A stretch of DNA of 64,000 nucleotides from assembly GCF_006345805.1 (NCBI RefSeq), contig NC_043006.1, positions 62,248,001-62,312,000 of the forward strand, written 5' to 3'. Within the stretch, counting starts at the first letter, position 1; each line of letters starts with the position of its first letter. The translations under genes and the position numbers were made by a program. Below are positions 9,831 to 22,561 of this stretch, one piece after another. The DNA comes from Octopus sinensis. Lineage: Eukaryota. The notes under the pieces are model-generated. The model searched no databases and was not told the origin of the DNA. It saw only the letters and a list, made by a program, of their open reading frames with translations.

Positions 9831-12800
9831 GAATCCTTCTCTACTAGACTCCACATTTTAAAATTTATCTATGTTTTACCACGAGTCTCATTGCACTAAC
9901 ACAATTACCTCTGATTCTTACTGATATATAGTTTATATATAATATGAACTCAATTATAGTAGGGTCATCATATACTCTTTCTTCTTTTTATAAATCTTCA
10001 TTTTTTCCGTTAATTCACATTTAACGCGTTCCAGATATATATCATAACTAATCGAATACGCTTTCAGTTACAACACTTTTGTTATTAATTGAACACCGCT
10101 CTGCCTTCTCTTCTCACTGTTATGGAATTATAAACAGAATAATAAGATATCTAATCAATTTAACTTCCCCTATATTTTCACTGGTTCACTTATATGATAA
10201 CTAGTGTCCATTGTCCATTATTATTATTATATTTGCTTCATTCCTGGGCTATATAATTACACTTTGTTTAAACTTGCTAAAATAATGTCAATTATTTATT
10301 TATTATTTGTCATCTTTAGATTTTTATTTTTATTCTTCGATTCCCAACGAAAATGCACTTTAAGTAACACTGCAAACGTTTAACTTGTAATTAATATTAT
10401 GAACATCAGTTTCTAGCAACATTATAACCAGGTGAGCCGTAAATCACCCCTCACCACAAGTAGTATCACGTTCACTATAATTTGAGTTCTTCATCCTTTT
10501 ACAGCCTCTTTAATACCATCCTAACCCATTCCCTCCCACACTTGCGATCTTAGAACTCTGTTCAGAGCTGGTGGTCAGCTAAAGGATGAAAGTATCTGAC
10601 ATCTGCTATTCCTCATCCCTTATCTATATGTTTATGTGCATACAGCTCCTAACTTCTTTTGATAAAAATGCCCTCTCTATACAGTCAAGTGTATATCTAC
10701 TTTAGTGCACCTACCATTCTGAATATTTCTTCACATTGTAGCTTAATACACCTACTCAACCCTCATTCACTCGTCTAATCAAAAATGTAACTGATATCTT
10801 CCATTATTTCTTGCGATGGATTAGCATCAAGCATCCCTATATGATTCTGCTAATGGACCTTACCTATGACTTTATTAATTATTTGTGTAAAACGAACTGT
10901 GTTAAACATAACAACTAGTTTACTCTGACCCTTCCTTCATTGTTAACAAATTTGAATACACGATTGGGGATATTTCCTTATTTTTATAATTTTCTGACTT
11001 CTACTTTCTGATAACAGAATGATTATGGAATTTGATTATGGAATTTTTACACAATATCATGATTCACATGCTTGACTACACAAGAAACAGTTGTAAGGAA
11101 CCCTAAATGTTGATATTCTGTATCTAAATTAAATGGTGGTTCTTTTTCGAGTAATGCCAAATGTTTTGCTCTTTCATTTTTATTTTAATCTAGAATTTTT
11201 CGGAAAGTAGTCGATTCTTAATAATTTTGCCACAAAATGTGTAATTTGCTATCTAACGAATAAGAAATGAGGCATTTGTATTAATATCAGGAACTATTAA
11301 TTTAATTAATTATTGGTTATAGAAATGAATATGAAAAATGTCTTACTAGTATATGTTATTTATGGAACTCCACTAAAATCATTTCAAAAATTAAGGAAAT
11401 GTAATTTATATGGTTTTATTAATTTTACTTTCATAGACATTATTTCACAGTCAAATCGTTGAAATAATTACTGTTTAGACATTTGACTTGTGAATTATTC
11501 ATTATTGTTGTTGTACAGGATCTACTGATTGATTTTATGTTTTCATTAACGTGCTTCTTAATGTTATAATTAATCTTTTTGCCAAAGGGAAGTCATTTAA
11601 TAATTCACTTTATCGGCATCAATATTACATTTTAGTTCTACTCGAGTTTTGCTATAACTATGTATGTTTTTGTTAACTCTTATTTAAAATATTTCATAAT
11701 AGTTATAAAAATAATGAAAATTTTACAATAACAAATCCGATTCCTGGATGTACAGGGCGTGTTCCTCCTGAACGGATATCCATTATTCTCACATTCTTTC
11801 CCAGTGCGTATATTGCCTTAATTATTATTAAGCTCCTCAACTAGTGGAACTACACATAACGTCAGAGATGTGGTAAACTGATAATTATAAGGATTTGTAT
11901 TGAGAATTAGGGACGAAGTCAAACTATAATTTTCTGATATGTAAGACTGGCAGGTCGGTTTCCATTCCCCACTAAATTTCGTATTTATATTGTTAATGCT
12001 GTTATTTGTCACACATAGATTTCGTGAATCAGAATAACTGTCGTCATAGACATTCTAGCATTTATCATCATATATTTTTCACACTAGACTTCTTTGAGTG
12101 CTTTAACTGGGATATAGCAGATGCCATGTCATATATGTGGGAGATGGCGTGTGTGTACATATGCGTATCGAAAGATGCGGCTATCACAGAAAGATGCTCT
12201 TACAGACTCGGCTATCAGTCCTTATATTAACTAATTGCCAAGAAGTGTAATGATGAGTGTCTATATAACCGAACACGTAGAAATTCCAAACGATGGAATT
12301 TTTCATGAGGAGTATATAAAACTATAAAGGCAGAAGGAATGGGAGGTGAATTTCCAATGTATTAGTCATTTCGCAAACATGAGGTATTATTAATTTCAGT
12401 TAGGGAGAAAAAATGCATATATATTTGCATTAATGTGTATGCTCCATATTACAGAATACAATTGTATATTCACAAATTAAAGCATATGCAAAAAGCTAGC
12501 TAATCAGATCACTGGAAGAGTATAATTACACCAAAAATTTAACTCTAAATATACACGCAAAAGGTTTTCTTTATATTTACAATGTATGGAAGGCTGAATC
12601 TGAAGAGGCCAATCCATACATATTGAGCTCTTACTATTAAGTATTATTAAAGTTGCTACAAAATGGCGACAGTCATGTTTCCGTAATTCTACACATCTGA
12701 ACTTCCGTACGTACACACTTATATAGTTTTAATCTTAAATATTATTTGATATATATGATTCAGGCAAATTACTTCTAATAATCCCTCTGATAGATTCAAT

Positions 12801-13309
12801 CTAAAAGAATTCATCCTTAGGGACTGGCTATATGTCTACGTTCAAAGGATTATTTATGTGCTCGTATACGTGTATATATATATATTATATATATATATAT
12901 ATATATATGCGCGTGTGTGTGTGTGTGTGTGCGCGCGTGTATGTGTATGTATTCACGTATGTATATGAATATATTTTTCCGCATATGGTTCCGTTTATAT
13001 TGATTTAAGTATGCATCTATGTTTATGTATATTTAAAATCTTTACATATTTAGTAGATGTGTGTGTCTCTGAGCATCTGTGTGTTTGTAGGGCTGGGTGC
13101 ATGTGCGTATAAGATTTATCAAGCACTTATGTGTATGTATATATGCGTGTTTTGATTTTTTCTTCCTTTACCCCTCTTCTTTCTATAGGTTACCTTTGAC
13201 GTCATATCCTCTAACGTTTTATTTTTAAAACTTAATCACGTTCAGTTCATCACTTTACATATCCATCATATTCTGTTAAAATGTCTTATTGACGAGTTTT
13301 ATTTTTTCA

Positions 13310-13545
13310 TTTCAGTTTCCGTTACCAAATCCACTCAAAAGGCTTTGGTCTGCACGGGATTATATTAGAAGTCACTTGCCCAAGGTGTCACACAGTGGTT
13401 CGTAAGGAAGCTACTTACTACATAGCCACTCATATATATATTTACCATGGGTTTCTTTCAGTTTCCTTCTACGAAATCCATTCACAAGGCTTTGACAGGC
13501 CCGAGGCCTTAAGAGATCACGGTTGCCAAGTTTGCCATGAGTGTG
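13310..13545 (-). mobile_element. Two adjacent CORE-type SINE fragments
   Basis: Minus strand caccttgggcaagtgacttct...gaccaaagccttttgagtggatttggtaacggaaactgaa, and a second degenerate copy with the same tail. Confidence 0.7.
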
Positions 13546-13649
13546 TGTGCGTGTGCATATTTGAATGTACTTTTTAATTAATATGTTTTTATAAGTGTAA
13601 TTTATGCTTTTATATGTTTTTGTTCGTTCCAGTTCAATGTGCTAGAAAG

Positions 13650-14200
13650 TATATTTGAGGTGGTAAAGGGAAGAACGCTCACCTGCTACCACTGTGAAGA
13701 AAACGGCACATTAAAATAAAATGCTCCCAGATAAGCAGGGAAAGCACAGAGAACCAGGAAGAACAAAGTAGGCGTACCGGCTGCCCGAGCCCAGGAGGAC
13801 GGTGTGGGAGATACAGAGATGGATAGATTCACCGAAGTATCGAAAAGGGAAAGAAAGGAAACGGTGAATACACCCACTAAATTTACAAAGTAGAAGTGGA
13901 AGAACAGTAAAACAGAGGAGGTTATACAGCAAGCACACAGCGCAGAAGGTACACCCACACAGCATGCATTACCACCAGTAACGTACCACAAAAAGGAAAC
14001 CATCCCAGATAGTCTGAGGTCACCATGTAGACAAGCAAACAGAAGTACAGACAAGCATAGCACACCGCCCTGCAAAATTCCACCTAAAAGCAAAGTATAC
14101 ATAACGACATATACTAAAAGCATGGCTATTGAATGAATTATCAACACTTTCAAGTCGGGGATTAGAATTAAATTGCGGCAGAGGAATACACAAAAAAACA
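13650..14200 (+). pseudogene. gag-like ORF1 C-terminal remnant of a non-LTR element with a CCHC zinc knuckle
   Basis: VVKGRTLTCYHCEENG-(1-nt frameshift)-HIKIKC gives CX2CX4HX4C, followed by a K/T/E/P-rich low-complexity tail. No ORF2 nearby. Confidence 0.6.
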
Positions 14201-14554
14201 CAAAATACACACACCCTGTGTGTGTTCGATGTTGTTTACATATTTGTTTACATATTTGTGTGTGTGTGTGTATAAACGTTGGGCTTCCACTCACTTTTCG
14301 CCTACCAAATTCGTTGGCGGTTCAGTGCTATTTTAGAAGATAATTGGAAACTGGAAGTCGAACACAGAAAATTGAAACTGAGAAACAACTTAGAAACGCC
14401 ACTTAGAAAATGAATATAAGAATTAAGGCGTAGTGAACATCATTAAGAGAAGAAGTACATTAAATAATTCAATACATTTTTGTGGCTAAACGTCGTAATT
14501 TCTTCTATGTGTGATCTGTGCAGTTGAATAGTAAGTTATTGTATCACTCAAAGA

Positions 14555-14730
14555 CTGAAATTTGGGTGGAGAGGGTGCTAGTCGATTAGAGTGACCTCAT
14601 AGCTGAAATGGTAATTATTTCAATGACCTCGAAAGGACAACGGCAAAGTCGATATATGAACTCAATATAAAGCCAGAAGAAATGTCGGTAAGCATTTTGT
14701 CAGGCATACTAACGATTCTGTCAGTTCACT
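14555..14730 (-). mobile_element. Degenerate tRNA-derived SINE (family of 43095-43322)
   Basis: Minus strand agaatcgttagtatgcctgacaaaatgctta...gtcgactttgccgttgtcctttcgaggtc. Confidence 0.65.
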
Positions 14731-15820
14731 GTTTTCATTCTTATTAATGATGACAAAATCTCAACCGAATTATAACCTTTCAGTCATAAACATGCATATT
14801 CATTCATACATGCAAATACGCGCACAAACACGAATTAAAACAAATATTAGCGAACCGAATCTTTAATCGATGTTCTATTTTCCATTATATTTTTCTCAAA
14901 CACCTCTTGTCACATCATCCCCACACCAAGCACTTACACACATACATATACACGCCCAAGCACATTTTTATATCACTCTCTCTCTCTTTCTTCTTGTCTT
15001 CCTCTATCTTTCACTCTCTCACTCTCATTTTGTCCTCATTTCACAATAACAAGCAGAAAAATGCTAGGATTGATTGTTACATTCAATTTTAATTTCCTAT
15101 TACTGACACTATATAATGAGACATCCAGTGCCAAAGAGGCCAAGCGATCCGCTTCCGTCTGACGCCATGGCAGCTGACGGATAATTTCCCCTTTCCACCC
15201 AGTGAGTGTTCTTCAACACGAAACATTTCTTTAACAATATGAATAAGTTTTGACGAGCTTTCCACTATATATATGTATGTATATATCTATGTATGTATAT
15301 ATGTATGTATGTATTCGTATAAATACACTGTGTAGGCTGACGCAAAATAAGCATAGTATATATAATACAGAAGTGATATAATGGATGGGAACTCTAACCG
15401 CTTCATTCAAGACCAGTGCGTTTGCATCTAAAGTTAACTCAAAGAACAATCCTTACCAAGATGTTTGGGAAGTAGTAAGTTATATAAATACAAGTAGGCT
15501 TAAGACATATACTTATATGGAGCACAAAATACAGGTTACAGTATAAAGGAATAAACAAAACTGCAAGTATCATGCATATATACGTTTCAAGCCTACCTTT
15601 TTTTATCTCCCTCTTCCGCTCTCTTTCTCTCTCACTCGCTTACTCTCTGTTTATACATATACGTGTGCGCGTGTGTGTGTGTGTGTGTGCGCGCGTGTAA
15701 GTATGCATTGAGTATGTATATATATATATAGGGAGAATTCACAAAAGAAAAACCAAAGACGAATACAGGTGGTGTAGACAACAAACAGATGTATTAGTTT
15801 AACACTCAGGAAATGAAAAG

Positions 15821-15858
15821 TCTCTCACGTTTCGAGTCTACGCTCTTCCACAGAAAGG
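15821..15858 (-). ncRNA. Degenerate minimal type I hammerhead-like motif
   Basis: cttt-CTGTGGA-A-GAG cgtaga CTC-GAAAC-GT-G-agag. Helix I and II pair, but the core has A6->U and position 17 is G, so it is probably inactive. Confidence 0.5.
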
Positions 15859-16054
15859 AACACAGAAAGAAATAAGGAGAGAAAATAAAGAATGTGTAAT
15901 GGCTAGCGATCTATCATAGGAATGCCGGACAGAGGAGTGACACAAGTGAGCTAGAAAGAAGGGGAGATAATAAAGTAGTGGTGATCCCAAAACGAAGGTG
16001 CGCGTGCGTGTGGAAGAGGGTTGGTGACCTTGACGTGTGCGTGTGTATGTGGAC

Positions 16055-16613
16055 GTGTGTAGATGTGGGGCTGGGAAGTGGTCAGTGCTAGTGTGTGCGT
16101 GGTAGTGTGATGCCATGTGATGTGGCGTTGTGGTATGGTGGTGTATGGTGTAATGATGTGTGGTGTGGTTGTATGGTGCTGGGAGGTTGGGGAGACGAAA
16201 GTGGGGAAAGCAAGGGTCGGGTGGGGGTTAGCTGAGGGTGGGGTAGAGGAGGGATATTTGGGTAATCTGGGTGGGGGATGTGGGGGATGGGGTGATGTGG
16301 GTAGGCTGAGGGTAGAGGTAGAGGTAGATATTTGAGAGTGGGTTTAAGGGATGGGTTGGGTTACGATGGGGTGACCTCAAAGGGGGAAGGGAGAAGGTGG
16401 GTAGGAGAGAAGAGAGGAGAGTGCGAGTGAAGAGAAGAGTTGGAGCAAGAGAGTTTTCCCTAGTCTCGCCTCCACCACTTCCCAACATCATCACACCACA
16501 CGCTATTACACTAAACACCACCATACCACACAACACCACATCACATCACATCATACCATCACGCATACACTAGCACTAACCACTTCCCAGCCCCACACCC
16601 ACACACCTACACA
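16055..16613. repeat. Inverted repeat, arms ~155 bp (16055-16209 and 16454-16613), with G-rich spacer
   Basis: gtggggctgggaagtggtcagtgctagtgt pairs with acactagcactaaccacttcccagccccac; similarity continues along both arms. Confidence 0.85.
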
Positions 16614-16767
16614 TGCAAGAGAAAGAGAGAGGAGAGGGGAGGAGGTTAGATGAAGAGGGGAGGAGAGTTGAGCCCACGTCGCGCAAAAGAACGAAGAGAG
16701 ATGATTAATCCCTGTTCACGGGACAAACGGAAGACCAGATGGCACCTGTGCAAGGTGCCATCGGAAC

Positions 16768-16822
<55 letters not shown>

Positions 16823-18613
16823 CATTCCTCACTTTCGTTTCATAAGTATGATATAAAAATAGTTTTTGATAACTAATATTCATGAACACCCGTAGGAACA
16901 CATAAAATATGTACAACAACGGCTCTATGTTAAAAATCAATATTATTCCCGCTCAAATGAATGTGAGAGTGTCTGTGAGATAAGAAAATAATAAATGCTT
17001 TTAGATGAATATTGCAAAAGTGCTAACTGGAAAGATACGATAAAGATGCAGACTAATTAAATAAGTACAGGACTATACGAGGAGTAATTCACGCATAATT
17101 TTTATCAAGATGTCCAGTAAGAATTATATGACGCGATATTTAATTTTTGGCATTGAAATGTTAAAGGAGACACTTATATGATGCTTAAAATGTACTTTTA
17201 ATATATAATTGTTTTCTGATTGAAATAATATAAGTTAGTTCATTTCAATTTCCAGCTAATTTGTTTTATATCTTATCAATTAATCTATCAATAAAATTAT
17301 CTTTCAACCAGTAAGCACCACACACACACACATAACGGAAATGCGTGCGTGCGCACTACACATACACACACATACGCACGCACACATACACGCATACTTA
17401 CGTCCCCATATATATAATTACATATATATATATAGATATGGGCATTCTTCTCTTATCTCTTCTCTGTCTCTCTCTCTTGTTCTTCTTTCTTTCTGGTATC
17501 CTCTCCCAACCTTTCCGTATTCTTCTCCTCTCCCTTTCACCGTTCCCTCTCTCTCTCACTCTTCTTCCTTGAATCTCTCATCTTTGATACGTTATGAAAG
17601 GTGATCTATTTTCTTCTTCCACTTCCTTCATAAAAACTTGCTTTTACTTGTCTCTTCTCATAGCTCGTCTTTCCAGGATTCATAATTTCTCACATCGTCT
17701 TGGCTTAACAGCCCTCACCGTCCTCACGTGTCCGTTTTCACCCTCCACCAAAATCCCAAGTTTTATTTAATTTGTTTTGCGGGAAGGACTGTTTCAAATG
17801 AAGTGGCGTATTGTCTTTACCTTTGAAACGCGTTGAGAGGAAAAAAAGGGGAAAACGAGGAGAAATAGGACATTGCCGGCAGTCGGAGACATAGCATCGG
17901 AATATTCTGGATCCTTGTCGGTAGGGGTTGAGCCACCGACATGTCAAGAGACACCGTTGGGGGAACTGTGCCGCCAACGGTAAAATTGATTACCTCAATC
18001 CCGGAGGAATCGGAACTATTATTCTTTTTCTACAGAGGCGGAGAGGTAGAAGAGGTGGTGGAAGGGCACCATAATGGAGTACCTTTAGCCTTCACACAGG
18101 ATCCCGAATGGCCTCTGCAGATAGCTGTGGAGGTCATAAAGGTGTCTGTGGGGTATAGGCTGCGGGAACGCAATTAGGAATATCCCTTGTGGCCGGGTGA
18201 CGCCGGCTCGGATCCCATCTTGGTCTTGAATGAGGGGTGGAGAATGCTGGAATATACGGACACAAGCGATGTCGGGGAGGAATATTGACAAGATGTTGAA
18301 AAGCCTCAGTGTTACAACGTTTAATGTTTATTGCAAGTTATCGTGTTTAAGAGGCTTACCCCCCCCCCCCATTTGGTATATGGACTATTAGTCTAAAAAT
18401 TTGTAAAACTGAAGTAAGCGGTTCATTACCTTGTTTTGTCTTTTTCTGTTGAGAAAAGAAGAGAATATTGTTTTAGAGAAGCAGAAAATCGGCGGGGGCT
18501 TTTTGTCTTCTCCCATTAATATCATCCTTAACATCATTCTGCTCATCAATGTCTTTCTCTAACCAGCAAGCTACTCTGTATCATGCCTTGATGGCAAATT
18601 TATAAAAATAAAA

Positions 18614-18889
18614 TAGCTTGCTTACCAATCACATGATTCTGGGTTCAGTACCACTGCGTGGCATCTTGGGCACGTGTTTGTGTGTATGTGTTTGTTCCTC
18701 AGCATCGCTTGATAACCGATGCTGGTGTGTTTACATCCCCGTAACTTATCGGTTCGGCAAAAGAGACCGATAGAATAAGTATTAGGCTTACAAAGTATCA
18801 GTCCTGGGGGCGATTTGCTCGACTAAAGGCGGTGCTCCAGCATGGCCGCAGTCAATTGACTGAAACAAATAAAAGAATAAAAGAATACA
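18614..18889 (+). mobile_element. SINE with (aaagaat)n tail
   Basis: ccccgtaacttatcggttcggcaaaagagaccgatagaataag...gctccagcatggccgcagtc...aaaagaataaaagaata. Matches the reverse complement of 22055-22250. Confidence 0.8.
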
Positions 18890-21000
18890 TGTATATATAT
18901 CCACTAACTCGCAATATCCAAGTAATCAGCTTCACCTGTGAGTAATCTCACTAAATAGTCTTCAAGTAGAATACGCCAGGGAATTTCATTTGTTTGGAAA
19001 ATTTTAATCGTCAGTGTAGTAACAAACAAGATTAAGGAGACTGATTTCGGTAGTAATTTGTTTTGATGCCGAAGAAATTCTAATCTAGAACGGTAGCATC
19101 AGTTACTGACACAAATTGAGGCTGTAGAGTGACCTTGTTTCCTCAAACGCCAGTTATATCTGGAACACATTGATGCTAACATCTGCAGATTTATGCAGAT
19201 TAGGAATGTTTGAAATGCGAGCTTGCATGTTTATTCCAAATAGCTCAATACAAGACAGGCTTTGAAAGACTTCCAAACGAAATTTTCTTTACATGACAGA
19301 ATGTGTGCCGGCATGTAGTGATATGTGCGCATGTGTGTACGCGCGCTTCTCTGTGTTATTGAGGGAAAGAAATGAAGAGAATGTGAGAGTAGAAGTGAAA
19401 CTGAAACAGTATAAGAAGTCATAGATGAATGCTCTTAGATTCAAAGTTTAAATGTAGAATAGTATAATTTATAAGGCCTCAGGCTAGATCGGTTTCTAAA
19501 GCGTCGGATATAGAAATCCTTGCGTTATTCGTCCGGTCTCTGTTCGGTGTGATTTCAACTCCCACCGAAGATAAATTTGCCTTCCATAATTTGTGAATCG
19601 ATAGATATCGTAACCGTTATCCAAGTCTGGATTCAGTTCCGCTTCCGATCCTCTTATTCTCCCTTTTTTTGATTGGTTGTGAACAGACCAGGATAAGGAT
19701 GTGGTTTGATTCGTTTGAAACATTCAAGACATGCTGTCTGTATTGACCGTGTACTTTTAACTCAAGTATTTAAAAGTTTTAAGAATGAAAGAATGTCTGC
19801 ATGAATACATATAACGAAAAATTTGCACATTATTAAAGGGGAATGCTGTTATTCGGGATTCGAGTTTATAATAAGTTATTTATATCTATTATTCTGGAAA
19901 TAGAGAAATATAACAATAAACATCTGCATCATGGCATAGACAATGAACGGAACATAAGGATAGAACATTAGTCAAAGATAGAGACTACGTGGTGGTTTGC
20001 TTTTCTAGAAATAACAAGTTTCTCCTCGTACACTGTAGTCGTATATTCCTGATACGAATACAGAAATGCTCTGGATGGAGAGATTTTCAACATGGGTTTG
20101 ATCAATTAGGGTTGAACTAAATTTTAGCAAAATCCCCTACAGAAATTACACGAGCAAGCGGTACAATTGTAGCAACATGATATAAATGTTTGTTAACTAA
20201 ATGGAAAACTTGATTAAGAACAAATGACAAAAGATTGAATGAATATATTTGATGTCTATGGAGTGGATTTCTTCTGCAGACCAGTCATGTGTATCAAGTG
20301 TTGGAATTTGCGCTGATATTGCAAATATATATATACTGGGATATTTTTTGTTTTAAGGTTGTTGTGGCGAGAGTCATTCACAGCCCTGTGGGATTAGAAG
20401 AATAGAGCAACTGAACTCCTATAAAGGGTAGTGGTGGTACTAGTCAGGGTGAGCATTTTGGTAGTCTCGCGAGCATTTTGGTAGTTTGCTGTGTCTTGAT
20501 TTCGCTCACAAGTGAGTTATTGCTTTGTTAATTGGAATTACGGAATTATTGAATTACTGAATTGTTGAATATTGTGGTTGTTTAAAGTTGTGATTATTTG
20601 AATTGTTGACGTGGAAATTGGTAAAAGTTATGGTTGAGAATCGATTTTTATCGCTATCCGCGGGTGCTTCGGGGAAAATAAGTTGACAAAAACACAGCAA
20701 TGTTCGTGACCATTGTCCTCATAAAATTGGAGCGACATGCGTGCTAATTTGTGGACGTGCATAAATTACATTCACGTATATATACACACACGCATCCTGC
20801 CTTTTATACATGTAGATAGATACATGAATTTTCTATGAGTATGTCGTTCTTGATGACACTCAAAAGAGATTAGAGCCACATAAATTATTTTAATCCCAAA
20901 TTTTACTTCATTTTTCTTAATATATAAATCTGTACATCATCATAGATAGATAGATAAATAGATAGATAGACACGGACAAGTATACCCGCGCGTGTGTATG

Positions 21001-21037
<37 letters not shown>

Positions 21038-22054
21038 ATTCTGTTTGCAGGTTGGTTGTGTAGATTTTCGAATTTTTTTTTATCAAAAGGATTTCAACTA
21101 TATATCAGCAACCATATAATTTATAACGACTCTTACATCAATATTATGTAGTCATTACGTAAAAGGTCCTCGTGTGTTATTTTACGTAGGGGGGTTCATA
21201 TTTTGTTATCTATATATATATCTTTATCGTATCTATTTTTCACACTTAACTCTATGAATTCTAATACCACTTCAATTATAATGTGTTTTGGAAATGTGAT
21301 TTCTTTTTGGTTCTCCACTATCGTTCGAGTGTCAACATTTTATTTTCAAGTAGAATCGTACACTGTAGAATATCACAATGACTAGTATTTCTTCCGGTTT
21401 CACGCTTTGTGTGAACAGATAGCGAGGTCAAAATATCGATGCCAATATTATCGACTGCCTTCTTACAAAAAGCTGAGATATTTTTCTGGTTTTCTATGCT
21501 ATAGTCCATTCTTATAAACCACTGGATTATCGTAATCATTAGAAACTTGTGGCAGTGTTTATTCAAAGCTTATGTGTCGGATACAATACCGCCGAGATCA
21601 AATTTGCTTTGACACTCTCTCTCTTCTTAGGGTCGATAAAATAAAGTACCAGTCATATACAAAGGCTGACGTACTTCACTTACGTCTATAGTTCTATTTG
21701 CAGGCATTGACCTGCATTTGAATTAATTGTTCTCTTATTTGTCGCTTAAAGGCCACAAATGAGCACAATTGCCAGGGCATTGGAAAATCATATTTTACGC
21801 AGTTTATTCTGAATCTTTTCGCTTTGGGATCGAATCTTCCTATGTCAACTTCATTTTTCATCCCTCTGGTGCTGATAAACTAAAGAATTAATAATCTGTT
21901 CTGGTTCAGGTCATTGATTATGTCTTACCTTCAAAATTACAGGCTATATGTTTGAATCAGAAAACATTATTAATTGTCACTTAGAGTGTGAATAGACATA
22001 ATTGTTAGAGTTCCCAAGAAACTACCTTGGGAGAAATATATATACTTTTTTTTA

Positions 22055-22250
22055 TCCTTTGATTTGCTTCAGTCGTTTGTTCGCGGCCATGGTGGAGCAC
22101 CGTCTTCAGTCGAACAAATCGACCCCAAGACTTATTCTTTGTAAGCTTAGTACTTATTCTATCGATATCTTCTGCCGAACCGGTAAGTTACGGGGATGTA
22201 AACACACCGACATCGGTTGTCAAGTGATAGTGGGTGACAAACACATACAC
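22055..22250 (-). mobile_element. SINE 3' half, same family as 18614-18889
   Basis: Reverse-complement match to the 18.7-kb copy. Confidence 0.8.
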
Positions 22251-22297
22251 ACAAATACATATGCATATATATATATGTGTGTGTGTGTGTATTGGTA

Positions 22298-22470
22298 AAT
22301 TTGTTGTTGAAAATGCACCTTAATTTGAAAAACTTGTAATTGTTTGAAATATATTGTTTTAAAATGTAATTGTTTAAAATGTATTTACATATATACGGTA
22401 TATATGTAAATAGATATATTTCAAACAATTACAAGTTTTTGAAATTTAGGTGCATTTTAAACAACAAATT
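22298..22470. repeat. Near-perfect AT-rich palindrome (hairpin/MITE-like)
   Basis: Outer arms 22298-22354 and 22414-22470 with few mismatches. Perfect inner hairpin atttacatatatac-g-gtatatatgtaaat. Confidence 0.9.
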
Positions 22471-22524
22471 CGGCTATATTTTCTCCTGCGTAGGAATAAA
22501 TCCCTCTTTTGTTATGTATGTATG

Positions 22525-22554
<30 letters not shown>

Positions 22555-22561
<7 letters not shown>

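Larger units (their letters stand above)
15731..16768 (-). mobile_element. ~1-kb non-autonomous Penelope-like unit bounded by (TA)n, with pLTR-like end and internal inverted repeat
   Basis: (TA)n at both ends, hammerhead-like motif at 15821-15858, inverted repeat 16055-16613. The boundaries are inferred. Confidence 0.5.

Noticed and set aside
10420-11000. Possible decayed retroelement coding sequence on the minus strand
   Set aside because: No motif could be aligned with confidence.
12006-12716. Short ORFs and possible exons (DFFECFNWDIADAMSYMWEM; SLEEYNYTKNLTLNIHAKGF)
   Set aside because: Weak or absent donor sites and no recognisable homology; indistinguishable from chance.
13686-14294. 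202-aa hydrophobic minus-strand ORF
   Set aside because: It is the antisense shadow of the A-rich gag-like ORF1 remnant on the plus strand.
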